Positions 10,901-18,774 of a stretch of 36,527 nt of DNA are shown in pieces. Position 1 is the first letter of the stretch. Each line of letters opens with the position of its first letter. The position numbers and the translations under genes were made by a program. Source of the DNA: a virus (lineage: Duplodnaviria; Caudoviricetes); the IMG/VR virus record IMGVR_UViG_3300025513_001263, positions 1 through 36,527 of that record; one strand, given 5' to 3'. Below the pieces are notes generated by a model. The model saw only the letters and a program-made list of their open reading frames with translations. It was not told where the DNA came from and searched no databases.

Positions 10901-11458
10901 CACGATCACCGACGCGAACTTGTCGATCGAGCCGATGCTCTCATTGGTGACGTTGAGGATCCGGGTCAGCGCGGTCGCGGCTTCATCGCCGGCCAGGTCG
11001 GATGCGCTCCCCAGCTTCGCAATCGTCTCGGTGAACAGGGTGAGATCCTTCACCCCTTTCACGCCGAGCTGGCCGCCGGCTTGGGCGATGCCCAACAGCT
11101 CCGTGCGAGCGAACGGCATGCGCCTGGCCATCTCGGTAATGGCGGCGCCCATCTCCGACACCTGGCCGGCAGTCAGGTCGGCGGTCTTGGCGACACCCAC
11201 CAGCGCGCGCTCGTAGGCCGCGAACTCCTGGACTGCCTCGCGAACACCAATGGCCAGGCCCAGCCCGGCGATCACCGTCTGCAGAGAGCGCAGCGAGGTC
11301 AGCGCAGTCGTGCTGCGCCGGCCAAGATCGTCGAGTGCACCGGCCGCCCGCGTACCGCCGTCGCGCAGACCGAGCAGCTCGGTCTTGGCGTTACGGACCT
11401 CACCGACGAAGCCCTTGCCGTCCGCGCGCAGCGTGAGGCCGACAACGATATCCGTCAT
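4949..11458 (-). CDS. Tail tape measure protein (TP901-like core)
   Basis: 2169 aa, Ala/Gly-rich helical; N-terminal VGLTLRADGKGF, TP901-type core (YERALVGVAKTADL...), glycine-zipper hydrophobic segment; follows tail chaperones. Confidence 0.95.
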   Translation of the reverse strand: MTDIVVGLTLRADGKGFVGEVRNAKTELLGLRDGGTRAAGALDDLGRRSTTALTSLRSLQTVIAGLGLAIGVREAVQEFAAYERALVGVAKTADLTAGQVSEMGAAITEMARRMPFARTELLGIAQAGGQLGVKGVKDLTLFTETIAKLGSASDLAGDEAATALTRILNVTNESIGSIDKFASVIVALGNASAASESEIAKVATQVAQATAIFGVSAAEAAAMAAALRSLGVQAELGGSSVGKAFRAIEAAVDGGGERLRELEKITGLTGAQLKKTFKDDAVAVFKAFVDGVGQAAASGASVAGVLEKFGLEGEEILKVLPTLALNSEKLGDSLAIIAKEAGNATALNEEYLRSAKTLSAQLSLTGNAIDEIAAALGSALAPVIVDATTQLRAFVQEAVDSGDAQAAFEAVAGAVGLLTRNLDLLAGAGAVGVFLRLQPAIAGILGSLNALVPAVAASTVGWLSLNSAVAAGTAVDLSSARATELKAAAQVETAAAALAAARADEIATAAALANVKAKHAQAVAALEAAVQAQAAGKVQQATGRQLAALRLEEATAARIVADAEARLAAAQTAVAATSKAAAGASVTHAAAMQAASMSARAATAATLALSGAMNLLGGPAGVALLAAGGLYYLATRETEADRAARSHAEAIDLVNRALGRNSTAGADAAEVARKSALARLQDARAALKQAEAVNSGAFVGPEDQLPTTQRNQMKALRLQIEELETAIKDLDVDAALEDLLAVNTALFGNGSVFGPPPSSNSALGALSTELRDLVEQLDPLAKLTREAANAQAQLEASSKALAAEGHDLARLLGILEHNTDAYTYSLGAAARTANEQARDLQVQSQIRRLEANDTEESRRTIVELTAARELERVELQRVQATMAAQPDQIGAINAAYATLRAAIIANRDAELQWSTSQAQAFKGLRDQLDPTTAKQDEFTKQQRLLNAALAAGRSDLGEHAKLTAALRREQDLWKRSLDEAARSVRTSAEDLELANEVRRLELLNTEEAREKIIELTTARKLEQLEIERTTALLAAQPEQYAAINAAYDRLKLAIMDEGQIRQLERLRAQANPLAQAFKTAAEGIQRGFSDAFTAMFRSGQFGFKDMLGSWKDAFARMLGELATLAIARPIIVPLVSSIGQSLGLTDAAIQSVTGNLGGAAGGQSGGGFNFSSLTNLIPGNGLDFSSITGGINSYLFGTAGGSASSAGVSAVAGGLSNAPSAGLFGTYGASSLGGVLGGAGLGFGAGSLLNGLVGGNETGGTIGSAGGALAGAIIGSIVPGIGTIIGGLIGGAGGGLLGGMFGGSGPSVGPTTIGRVTDLTDPSSAVYTFDNGGDSEDAVTKIIDAIVEGIEAGTERYAGALRPGSGLDIAYFSGPDAESSQGAGINLKPIIDSVLADTDRFKGLSPDEAVQQATFIALSEMVDYQSATLDELVRNTKATDLEGLLSDLDYGRNLDDLTEALRANGDAINANSLAIAQNIVDRKRRAEETAKNRAAPIADSIERALELFPALTGSADDGASLAAAIAEAMRGTVLESDRGAVRGGTPDFRFVSGGERDDPSYIAAGDQRYEVSRVASDNRSGTAFALSDEAGDRIAEFDSMAQLLAGAGSAVADYNERIADQAVALGLTAEEQERHNANMLRVRDVVAISRASVDELIATITGSFEPAITGPFTENVAEATAVLEALAPHLEDVNDQIEAANEAFPGLGAEIYDVTATIAEAVQVLRAQAAEDLLDIIQALENDANGRGAINGIGGLTDARDKLLADAQNLGVDAGDRILDTFGDQLRRQLSGLDALGLAAAFEQTTDEAARAVITSMLDEMFAVQQEAAVAEKRNGLLEAYQREAQVLGDLASRMRAFSLSIGGFLDQLKRGELAPGGPVTRLAAAKEQFDEVFRRAQLGDEQAITDLNGAAQAFLEASQAVNGDRAAYNDDFDLTVERLEQVKAVADRQARVAESQLSELRAQVGQYVELNDNVISVEQAIRDLQAVAGSGLAALLQSGQSPSDTAAANGFNFGAATDTNMDIYDRLVQLGLPTPEAFGGGQLNALRQRNAAVDAALRSMGYEQGGWHPGGLARIHNDELLYTGPPAHVFNAKESLALLEGQRNAPNVVDFEPVVRAQRATTAAVVDAGNGQMDATAELAGEVATLRAVVDNQAREIRELTQFLKRRA

Positions 11459-11997
11459 CGCTTACCTCGCTTGGCGGCCAGCGCCTGTTGCCTGGCGCTT
11501 TGGGCCTGCTGCCGGCGCAGACGGGCCGTGTCAGCGGCACGCCGTCGAGCAAAGACGCGCAGCACCTCCATCTCGATCACCTGGAGGCGCGACAGAATGT
11601 TTGCGCGCTTGCGTTTGCGGATCCCGGTCGTTTTCATGACCTCAATCACGGCCTTCAGATTGAGACCCTTCTCCTCACCGCGCTCGCCGGCGTAGATCCA
11701 CTGAGTCTGGCAGCGCAGGAACAGCATGACGGCCTTAGTGTTCGGCGGGAGGATCGGGTACGGCAGGCGCCGCTCCCGCGTGCTCGCCGCCTGCTCTCGG
11801 GCCTTAGCCGCTCGCCGGCGTTGCAGGGCTTCCAGGCCGGCGGCGTCCTGGCCCGCGTCGCGCAACTGATCGGCTACTCCGTAGCCTTCAAGGCCTTCAG
11901 ACCCTTCGTTACCTTGGCTCCCGCCGCGCGCCGTTGCGCTCGATTGAGCGCGGGCTGGGCTGGCCCAGCGGCGGGCGGCGTCTCGGAGTTTTTTTCC
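11455..11997 (-). CDS. Tail assembly chaperone frameshift extension (gpGT-like, DUF1799-like C-terminus)
   Basis: -1 frame relative to 11874..12452, entered at A AAA AAC; contains ILPPNTKAVMLFLRCQTQW...GLNL.AV...LQVIEMEVL; lacks a convincing start of its own. Confidence 0.8.
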   Translation of the reverse strand, partial: GKKLRDAARRWASPARAQSSATARGGSQGNEGSEGLEGYGVADQLRDAGQDAAGLEALQRRRAAKAREQAASTRERRLPYPILPPNTKAVMLFLRCQTQWIYAGERGEEKGLNLKAVIEVMKTTGIRKRKRANILSRLQVIEMEVLRVFARRRAADTARLRRQQAQSARQQALAAKRGKR

Positions 11998-12452
11998 TCT
12001 ATCCCCATCACCATCCGGCCCAGCGCCTCCGCAGCAGCGGCGCGGATCCGAGTGTCGGCGAACAGCCGAGCCTTGGCCTTGTCGCTGTAGGCGAGCGCCC
12101 CGGCACCTTGGCTGGCGAGGCCGGACCACCCGAATACGATGGCGGCGAGCGGGTCACCTTCGCGCTCGTCGTCGCCGGATTCGCCGAGTTGACCGCCGGC
12201 GGCAATGAAAGCCGCGACGTCGTCGAGAAGTTGCCTGTACCCGTCGATGTCCACGTAGCCGAAATCCATCCGGATCTCGTGGGTCCGGAACTTGCCGCCG
12301 AAGGTCGGGACCTTCACCCGCACCGGCCAGTTGCGGATGATCGGGGTGGCGTCGAAGACGAACAGCCCGCCTTCCTCGAAACCATCCTCCGCGGGCAGCG
12401 GCACGTCGGCCGCGTCGATGTCCTGGTGTTGCTTGGCCATGGTCCCGCTCAC
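11874..12452 (-). CDS. Tail assembly chaperone (gpG-like)
   Basis: Between tail tube and tape measure; WPVRVKVP..GG and IVFGWSGL motifs; conserved part ends at EEKN on the slippery site; start may be ATG 12440. Confidence 0.85.
   Translation of the reverse strand: MSGTMAKQHQDIDAADVPLPAEDGFEEGGLFVFDATPIIRNWPVRVKVPTFGGKFRTHEIRMDFGYVDIDGYRQLLDDVAAFIAAGGQLGESGDDEREGDPLAAIVFGWSGLASQGAGALAYSDKAKARLFADTRIRAAAAEALGRMVMGIEEKNSETPPAAGPAQPALNRAQRRAAGAKVTKGLKALKATE
11988..11994 (-). other. Programmed -1 ribosomal frameshift slippery heptamer A AAA AAC
   Basis: Minus strand reads GAG GAA AAA AAC TCC, an in-frame X XXY YYZ; the -1 frame is open to 11455. Confidence 0.85.
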
Positions 12453-13711
12453 TTGATCGCCAGGGTGAACTCGTCGTTGCCGGCGTCGGAAGGCACGGCG
12501 ACCACGCTCATGGAGAACATCGCGGCACCTTCCTCGTCCTGGTACGGTGCCGCCGTGAGCTGCAGCCTCGGCATCGACAGCTGGACGATCTCGCCGCGGG
12601 TCAGGCCGTGGATCAGCTCGAACGGCAGGTAATCGCCGTCACTAAGGCTGGTGAAGAAATCGACCGTCGCGAGGTCGAGCGCCTCAAACACCAGCGTGCC
12701 GGAACCTGAGCGACCGTTCTGGCGAGCCTTCTTCTGGCCAACCAGGCTGCGGATGGCGGTGTTCTGGCCAACGTTGAAGTTGAACGATCGGTAGGCAACC
12801 TCGTAGCCGCCGAAGCTGACGAACGGCGAGTTGTCGTCGGACACCAGCAGCGGATCCTGGAAGGCGCTGAAATCGACCGTGGGCAGTGCCTCGCTGGAGC
12901 GAGTGCCGGGCAGGCCCATCATGTCGAACGTCATGTCGAAGTAGTCGTCGGCCGGCGCGTTGAGCGTGACGTTGCCGCGGATCCCGCCGAAGCGGTGCCG
13001 GTTCGGGCCGTATTGGAAGAATGCCTCGATGCTCTCGAACCCGGTGGACACCGGCGTGTACAACGTGCCCGGCGCGCGCAGCTGAATGGTGAACTCATCG
13101 CCGATATCAAACGGCGTGCCGACCGTCGGCGTGATCGTGGCACCGCCCGGCAGGGCAAACGGCGCGGCATCGGTCATCACAACGCCGGTCTGATTGTACG
13201 CCGCCAGGTGGAACACCGCCGGTGCGGCGACCGTGAACTCCGCCGTCGCGGAGGCGCCGCCGGTGGTGCAGGTCAGCGTCACCAGGCGATCAACAATCCC
13301 CTCGTACGGATCCGCCGCCGCATAGGTGAACGCACCGGTCGGACCGCCGACTCCGGTCGGTGGGCTGGCGGCGATTGTCGCCGCCGGTGCAATGGTGGTC
13401 TGAGCACAGCCCGCAGCCCGCAGCAGCTTGCCGAACGCCGGAGCGGTACCGGCGTCGAGCGCCGTTACGCCGGCGCCTGCCGCCTCGGTGGTGAACTGCA
13501 TGGTACCGTGCTGTTTGGCGAGCTTGCCTGGGTTGGCGCCGTAGTAGGGACGCACCAAGTTCCGCTCCTTCCGGTCCCCGGTCAGCGGGACGGCGGTCAT
13601 GTTCTTGATCAGCACCGCGTCGGCCGCGGCCAGAGCGTCGGGCGAGGTGTTGTAGATGCTTTCCAGTTGGGCCAGCAGCACAGCCGTGTTCATCGAGATC
13701 TCTTCGGCCAT
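12449..13711 (-). CDS. Major tail tube protein with an internal accessory domain
   Basis: LLAQLESIY...ERNLVRPYYG...APAFGKLLRAAG...YTPVS...GNDEFTL pattern of Mu-like siphophage tube proteins; position upstream of the chaperones. Confidence 0.85.
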   Translation of the reverse strand: MAEEISMNTAVLLAQLESIYNTSPDALAAADAVLIKNMTAVPLTGDRKERNLVRPYYGANPGKLAKQHGTMQFTTEAAGAGVTALDAGTAPAFGKLLRAAGCAQTTIAPAATIAASPPTGVGGPTGAFTYAAADPYEGIVDRLVTLTCTTGGASATAEFTVAAPAVFHLAAYNQTGVVMTDAAPFALPGGATITPTVGTPFDIGDEFTIQLRAPGTLYTPVSTGFESIEAFFQYGPNRHRFGGIRGNVTLNAPADDYFDMTFDMMGLPGTRSSEALPTVDFSAFQDPLLVSDDNSPFVSFGGYEVAYRSFNFNVGQNTAIRSLVGQKKARQNGRSGSGTLVFEALDLATVDFFTSLSDGDYLPFELIHGLTRGEIVQLSMPRLQLTAAPYQDEEGAAMFSMSVVAVPSDAGNDEFTLAIK

Positions 13712-13716
13712 TGCCG

Positions 13717-13998
13717 TTACTCCTCAGCCGTAGCGGTCAGGATGTCGGAGCCGGTCGACGCGCCGCTCGGCGCGACGACGGCGGTATCGGGGTCCGGATC
13801 GGGGGCCTTGCCGCGGCGCGGCCGGGACCGGCCCGACGGCTTGTCGGCTTCGGCCTGGGCCTGGGCCGTCTCGGCGGCCGCCTGATCGGCAGCGGGCCGC
13901 TCGGCGCGGCGCTCGGCGCGGGTCGGCGTCTTCGGCGCGTCACCGACGCGGACGCGCTTGCCGGTTACGGGATCGAGGATGTACGAACCTCCGGACAT
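13717..13998 (-). CDS. Small virion-module protein (GGSYILDP.TGKR N-terminus, low-complexity tail)
   Basis: ATG 13998 after an AGAAG purine tract; fills the gap between terminator and tube genes. Confidence 0.65.
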   Translation of the reverse strand: MSGGSYILDPVTGKRVRVGDAPKTPTRAERRAERPAADQAAAETAQAQAEADKPSGRSRPRRGKAPDPDPDTAVVAPSGASTGSDILTATAEE

Positions 13999-14008
13999 CG
14001 GGCTTCTC

Positions 14009-14440
14009 CTACGGTTGCAGCTTGGTGGCGACGGTGAAATCGAACTGGCGCCAGACCACCTGGTCACGCAGGCCGAGGGTGCGAGACGAAGCGAACTGCA
14101 TGCCCGCGATCGCGCCGGTGGGCGTCCAACCAGCCAGAGCGCTGAGCAGCGCGGCCTCCAGGATCTCCATCTCGCGCGCGGCGCTGTCGCCTCGGTCATC
14201 GCGCAGGTTGCCGACAGCGACCACCACGGCCAGGCCGCGGGTCACACGCTGACGGTGTTTGCCGACCAGCTCGGACGGACCAGCCCGATCGGTTGTCGGC
14301 AGTACATAAGCGGCCGGCATCTGGTGGCGCGGCGGGTTATTTTTCAGCGCCGCGAACTCGGCAGCGCCGGCCACCAGGTTCAGGCCGATATCCGCTTTGG
14401 CCTCGGTCAGGCGATCGATGGTTTGCGAGATCAGCGTCAT
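14009..14440 (-). CDS. Tail terminator / gp37-like protein
   Basis: VAGAAEFAAL...PAAYVLP...ALAGWTP motif; ATG 14440 overlaps the upstream stop (ATGA). Confidence 0.8.
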   Translation of the reverse strand: MTLISQTIDRLTEAKADIGLNLVAGAAEFAALKNNPPRHQMPAAYVLPTTDRAGPSELVGKHRQRVTRGLAVVVAVGNLRDDRGDSAAREMEILEAALLSALAGWTPTGAIAGMQFASSRTLGLRDQVVWRQFDFTVATKLQP

Positions 14441-14961
14441 GCGGCACCGGCGATCGGCGCGAACAGCCAAGCCTCGAACATATCGAGGACCGACTCCCGA
14501 TCCTCGGGGCCGATGCCCAGGAACGGCCGCGGCGGCATGGTCACGCTTTGGACGTTGACGAAACTCTCGCCACCACCCTCGGCCGCAAACCCCGGCACGT
14601 TGAATGACAGGCCCTCTGATGTCTTTGCCTTGATCACGCCGCCGAACTGGTGGATCGCCGCGTAGATGACGTTGGTACCGACCTCGACTTCGCGCGCGCC
14701 GGCCTCATAGGTGATTGAGTCGCGCAGGCGCGCGGTGTCGACCAGGGTCTGCCCACCCTGCTGGACGGCGCGGCGGCTCTTCGGCCAGGTCACGCCGTCG
14801 GGGCCGCGACCCTGCTCGAACCGGTCGAGCACGTTGTCGCGCAGGGCCGAACCGATCGGGTCGAGCAGCTCGGACAAATCACCGTCGGCAGCGGTCCATT
14901 GCGACAACACGATCTGCGCCTGGACGTCGTCGAGCGAGTAGGAGAACGAGACGCCGGCCAT
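14437..14961 (-). CDS. Phage virion morphogenesis protein (Mu gpG/gp31-like)
   Basis: RFEQGRGPDG..W...TLVDTARLRDSI...VGTNVIYAAIHQFGG...MPPRPFLG; start ATG 14961 in a TGATG overlap. Confidence 0.92.
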   Translation of the reverse strand: MAGVSFSYSLDDVQAQIVLSQWTAADGDLSELLDPIGSALRDNVLDRFEQGRGPDGVTWPKSRRAVQQGGQTLVDTARLRDSITYEAGAREVEVGTNVIYAAIHQFGGVIKAKTSEGLSFNVPGFAAEGGGESFVNVQSVTMPPRPFLGIGPEDRESVLDMFEAWLFAPIAGAA

Positions 14962-15380
14962 CAGAGATCCCTCAGACCGGAACGGGTGAACTGGCGATCG
15001 TCGCCAACGAACTCGACGGTGGCGTCGACCGGTGCGGCGGCACTCACGCCGTCGTCGCCCAGGGTGGCCTTGCCGAGGCTCACGTCGCGCAGCCAGGCCG
15101 TCGCGTCGGTGTATGCCCGGCGGACCTGTTCGGTCGGCGCGTCGGCGTGCAGGTAGTAGCGTGCGACGTCGCCGGCGACCCGCACCAGGCGCGCCGGCAC
15201 CGTGGCCAGCGGCAGCGCCGCCCGCGCCGCGATGTAGCTGTCGATCAGCTCGTCGGCGTCGGCCAACGCCTTGCCGATCACCGCGGCGTCGATCGAGCCA
15301 ACGTTCGCGCGATCGGAGAGCTGGATCAGTTCCTGCTCTCCGAACCGGTCGACCAGGTCCTGTTGGGCGGCGTAGGTCAT
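14961..15380 (-). CDS. Head-tail connector, Mu gp36/J-like (DUF1320)
   Basis: [22 protein letters not shown]...ALADA...IDSY...DVARYYL signature. Confidence 0.92.
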   Translation of the reverse strand: MTYAAQQDLVDRFGEQELIQLSDRANVGSIDAAVIGKALADADELIDSYIAARAALPLATVPARLVRVAGDVARYYLHADAPTEQVRRAYTDATAWLRDVSLGKATLGDDGVSAAAPVDATVEFVGDDRQFTRSGLRDL

Positions 15381-15844
15381 GCCGCCTCGCCGCCTTTCTT
15401 GGGTTTCGCCTTGCCAGCGGCGGCGGCCTTGTCGGCGGCAGCCTTCTCAGCGGCAGCCTTCTCAGCGGCAACCTTCTCGGCGGCAGCCTTGTCAGCGGCG
15501 GCCTTGTCGGCAGCGGCCTTGTCAGCGGCGGCCTTGTCAGCGGCGGCTTTGTCGGCAGCAGCCTTGTCAGCGGCGGCCTTCTCAACGGCAGCCTTCTCAG
15601 CGGCAGCTTTGTCAGCGGCAGCTTTGTCGGCGGCGGCCTTCTCAGCGGCAGCCTTCTCAGCGGCAGCCTTCGCGGCCGGATCGTCGACGATGCGAACGTC
15701 GAGCATCGGGTCGGCTTTGAGGGCCGCGAGTTGCGTGTCGGTGAAGCGGTCGATCGGATGGTCGACGGGCTTCGCCGGGTGGGCGACACCGGCGCGACGG
15801 AAACCGTCGCGCCGGGCCGTGATGCGGATGAGTTGCTGCACCAT
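15377..15844 (-). CDS. Mu gp35/HI1506-like protein with long KAAA(E/D) helical extension
   Basis: [17 protein letters not shown]...[12 protein letters not shown] signature; ATG 15844 just after the capsid stop. Confidence 0.85.
   Translation of the reverse strand: MVQQLIRITARRDGFRRAGVAHPAKPVDHPIDRFTDTQLAALKADPMLDVRIVDDPAAKAAAEKAAAEKAAADKAAADKAAAEKAAVEKAAADKAAADKAAADKAAADKAAADKAAADKAAAEKVAAEKAAAEKAAADKAAAAGKAKPKKGGEAA
15416..15670 (-). repeat. 17 tandem copies of a 15-bp coding repeat encoding KAAA(E/D)
   Basis: Counted from sequence and translation; synonymous variation between units. Confidence 0.95.
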
Positions 15845-15846
15845 GA

Positions 15847-16743
15847 TCAGGCAGCGAGCAGGGTTTCGACGTGTAGGGTCGCGGTACCGGCGGCCACGTT
15901 GGTCGCCCCGGCCGCATCGCGCTCGGCCTTCAGGACTTCCAGGCCCCTCTTCTCCAGCACGCCCGGCACGACCAGGACCATCGGCTTCAGGCGCAGCTGG
16001 CGGCCGTGATCGCCCTTCATGTCCTGCATGGCGGCGCGGGCGGCCATGTAGTTGTCGGCCGTCAGATCCTGCTTGGACGCGTAAGCCAGCTGCCACAGCC
16101 CGAAGCCGGCGGCGGCGCGCATGTCCACGCCCCACAGGTATTCGTCACGCATGAACACGTTCGGATCGTCCATGTTGGTGAGCGACGTCAGCTTGGCGGC
16201 GCGGCGCAGCTGGAAGATCATCGGCTTGATGGCGCGCGAGGTGTCGAGCAGGAACCAGGGCGTGCCTGCTCCGCCGGCGAAGTTCGACACGCTGATCTCG
16301 GCACCGTCGGCGCCGATCACCGGGTGGTCGGTGTCGAAGAAATTCTGGCCGTCGAAGCAGGCCGTCGTGAAGCCGGCCTTGAACAGCTCCCACACCAGAT
16401 AGTCGGGATGCTCGCCGGCGGTCTGCGCCAGGTCGGCGACCAGCGGGTTGTAGACCCCGATCTGATCGTCCTCGATGTCGTCGCGGCTGACACCGACGGT
16501 GTTCTCGAACTTCCGGTTGGTGACCTTGTAGCCGTCCTTGGCGACGTTCTCGATCACCCGGTCGCCGATCCACTCGCGCATGCCCCGCAGTTTTGCGAGC
16601 CAGCGGTAGTCGTTCTCGCGGGTGGTCGAGGGCACCTGCATGGCGATCGTCTGCCAGGTCGGTTTGATGCCGCCGAGAACACCGTTGAAGATCGTGTTGA
16701 AGCTGGTGTTAAGGCCAGCCAGGGACGCGCGGTTGACTTCCAT
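15847..16743 (-). CDS. Major capsid protein, Mu gpT-like
   Basis: VPSTT...Y.WL....MREWIGDR...N..FE.TV.V.RDDIEDD..G.Y...[14 protein letters not shown]...GFGLWQLAY. Confidence 0.96.
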   Translation of the reverse strand: MEVNRASLAGLNTSFNTIFNGVLGGIKPTWQTIAMQVPSTTRENDYRWLAKLRGMREWIGDRVIENVAKDGYKVTNRKFENTVGVSRDDIEDDQIGVYNPLVADLAQTAGEHPDYLVWELFKAGFTTACFDGQNFFDTDHPVIGADGAEISVSNFAGGAGTPWFLLDTSRAIKPMIFQLRRAAKLTSLTNMDDPNVFMRDEYLWGVDMRAAAGFGLWQLAYASKQDLTADNYMAARAAMQDMKGDHGRQLRLKPMVLVVPGVLEKRGLEVLKAERDAAGATNVAAGTATLHVETLLAA

Positions 16744-16758
16744 GATCGTGCTCCGGGA

Positions 16759-17595
16759 TCAGGTTTCGATCAGGAGGGTGACCGCCGCGGTTCGCACCGC
16801 GTCGTTGGTCCCGCCTGGCGTGAGGGTGATCACGTCACCGACCGCGACCGCGTTGGCGGCCGACGGCGTGGCGCTGTCGACGTCACCGGCGGCCGAACCG
16901 GCTTGGGTGATCGTCACCACACCATCGGTGACCGGCGCGCCGTTGATCGCCGCCGTCAGGGTGGCGTTGCCGGTGGTCAGGGCGCCGTCGATCACGCTCC
17001 AGATCTTCGACAGCGTGCCGGCGACCGGGCTGACGATCCGGACCGGCGCCACCGCGTCGAGGGCGACCGCGTCCGGAACGGCGAGCGGGATCAGATTGGC
17101 GGCGATGTTGGCGCGCGCCGTCGCCGGGCTGGCAACGTCGTCCAGGTTGTTGGCGCCGAGCAGCGCGTCGGCGTCGCTGTCGAACGGGCCGCGGCCGACT
17201 TCGACCCACACACCCTGCGCGTCGACGTCGACCACCCGTCCAGCCCGGCTGCGAGCACCGGTATCGGACGTCTTGGCGACGGTCTGATCATCGACGATGT
17301 AGCAGACGCTGCCGATCTGCGCGGCCGCGATGGCATCACCACCACCGCTGTTGGCGTAGCGGAACACGCCGCGCTTGACCCGGACGGTCAGGTCGCCGTT
17401 GGCACCGGCGCTGTTGTCGACCTGCTCCTCGGCGCGGCCGACTGCGATCAGGCCGGCGGCCGTGGTGCCGCCCTCGGCATAGCCGGCGTTCAGCACCGCC
17501 AGGGCGCCGGCATAGACCATGGTCGCCGCGGCGACCGGGAGAGAGAGGTCGACGCCCGACCGCTCAGCCGTGTTGCGATCTCCGGTCAGTGCCAT
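16759..17595 (-). CDS. Capsid cement/decoration protein with C-terminal fibre-like extension
   Basis: MALT.DRNT...G.AEEQVDNS.GA.GD..V.V.RGVF...YIVDDQTV...GVWV N-terminal domain between protease and capsid, plus an NNLDDV...ARANI motif and an extra beta domain. Confidence 0.8.
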   Translation of the reverse strand: MALTGDRNTAERSGVDLSLPVAAATMVYAGALAVLNAGYAEGGTTAAGLIAVGRAEEQVDNSAGANGDLTVRVKRGVFRYANSGGGDAIAAAQIGSVCYIVDDQTVAKTSDTGARSRAGRVVDVDAQGVWVEVGRGPFDSDADALLGANNLDDVASPATARANIAANLIPLAVPDAVALDAVAPVRIVSPVAGTLSKIWSVIDGALTTGNATLTAAINGAPVTDGVVTITQAGSAAGDVDSATPSAANAVAVGDVITLTPGGTNDAVRTAAVTLLIET

Positions 17596-17598
17596 CGA

Positions 17599-18162
17599 TC
17601 AGCCCTCCTGTTCCGCGGCGCGGGTCTTCTTGAAGTCGTCGACGCTGATGCCGAGGCCAGCGCAGATCGCGGTGTCTTCCAGGGTCAGCGAGCCATCGCC
17701 CGGCACCTTGGCCGGCGCGCCGCCGGTCAGGATCGCAGCGGTGACGACGGGAGCGGCGGCCAGCCAGCCCTCGAACCCCTTCAGGTCCTTGGCCGCGTAG
17801 GCGGTCGCCCAATTCTTTTGGGCCGGGATCAGCTTGCCGGCAGCCATCGCGGTCTCGACCACCGACGTGGCCTTCTCGCTGGCGCGCTCGGTCTGGATCG
17901 TTGCCAGCGCTGTCTGCAGGGCGTTCACCGTGGCGATCGGCGCGAACTGCGCCGGGTCCGGTACCGAGGCGGGCTTGGCCGCCTTGTCGATCGCGGCGGC
18001 CAGCGCCGTCTCGGTCGTCTCGGTCACGCCGAGCTTGGCCGCGAGCGCGGTGACGATCGCCGTCGACGCGACGAGCTTCTGTGCGTGGGCGAGTGCGGTG
18101 GCCTGGTCAGTGTCGGGCTTGAGGCCCAGCGCTTCCAGAAACGCCTTCAGAACTGGGTCCAA
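17599..18162 (-). CDS. Internal in-frame scaffolding protein (Mu gpZ-like)
   Basis: GGAGG (18172-18168), 5 nt, then in-frame TTG at 18162 immediately after the protease domain; Ala-rich helical product. Confidence 0.75.
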   Translation of the reverse strand: MDPVLKAFLEALGLKPDTDQATALAHAQKLVASTAIVTALAAKLGVTETTETALAAAIDKAAKPASVPDPAQFAPIATVNALQTALATIQTERASEKATSVVETAMAAGKLIPAQKNWATAYAAKDLKGFEGWLAAAPVVTAAILTGGAPAKVPGDGSLTLEDTAICAGLGISVDDFKKTRAAEQEG

Positions 18163-18657
18163 CTGGACCTCCTGTTGCTGCTGGTGGGAAAGGGCGGTGA
18201 GGGTCAGGGCGGGGTTGTTGGTCAGCGCCGCGCGCTTCAGGCGCAGGATCCGCCGGTCGTCGATCGTGTGGTCGAACACCGGCGACAGGTAGCGGTACTC
18301 CCGAGCGGCGATCGCCTGGGAGGCGGCCGCGGTCCACTCGACGCGCCCCCAAATGCCGTCGGCGCGAACCTCCAACTGCTTCAGCCAGCCGGCGGCCCTC
18401 GCCGTTCCACCCACGCCCGGGACCGCGGCCAGGTCGATCTGATGGTCGTAGTCGATCGGCAGGTCCAAGCCGCCGGCAGCGGCCAACGAAGCGCTGACGA
18501 CGTCGGCTGAGGCGTCGTTGCGCCAGGCCGGCCGGCCATCGCGCGACGGCACCACGCCGATCGGCAGCAGATGCACCCAATCGGGCGCGCCGGCGCCGGC
18601 GGCGGACAAGTCAACGACGGACCCGAGGGCCGTCTGTACGGGGTGGCGTGTCGTCAT
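17599..18657 (-). CDS. Prohead protease, Mu gpI-like
   Basis: PDWVHLLP.G....RDGR, PIDYDHQ, AAGW, VEWT..A...I..REYRYLSPVF, ALTNNPAL; start placed at ATG 18657. Confidence 0.94.
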   Translation of the reverse strand: MTTRHPVQTALGSVVDLSAAGAGAPDWVHLLPIGVVPSRDGRPAWRNDASADVVSASLAAAGGLDLPIDYDHQIDLAAVPGVGGTARAAGWLKQLEVRADGIWGRVEWTAAASQAIAAREYRYLSPVFDHTIDDRRILRLKRAALTNNPALTLTALSHQQQQEVQLDPVLKAFLEALGLKPDTDQATALAHAQKLVASTAIVTALAAKLGVTETTETALAAAIDKAAKPASVPDPAQFAPIATVNALQTALATIQTERASEKATSVVETAMAAGKLIPAQKNWATAYAAKDLKGFEGWLAAAPVVTAAILTGGAPAKVPGDGSLTLEDTAICAGLGISVDDFKKTRAAEQEG

Positions 18658-18664
18658 GCCGAAC

Positions 18665-18710
18665 ATCGTGGAGACGGCGGCGGCGTGAAAACATGGTGGC
18701 AAACGTCACC
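18665..18710 (-). promoter_or_regulatory. Putative activator-dependent late promoter for head genes
   Basis: GGTGACGTTTGCCA, 26 nt, CACGAT (-10-like), 7 nt, ATG; same architecture as upstream of the endolysin. Confidence 0.6.
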
Positions 18711-18774
18711 ACGGGAAGCGTTTAAATGGGGAGTGTGGGAGCCCCTCAGAGCGGGGCCGGGCCGGGTCGATCAG

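Noticed and set aside
15416-15670. Tandem repeat as a CRISPR array
   Set aside because: Contiguous 15-bp in-frame coding units with no spacers and no cas genes
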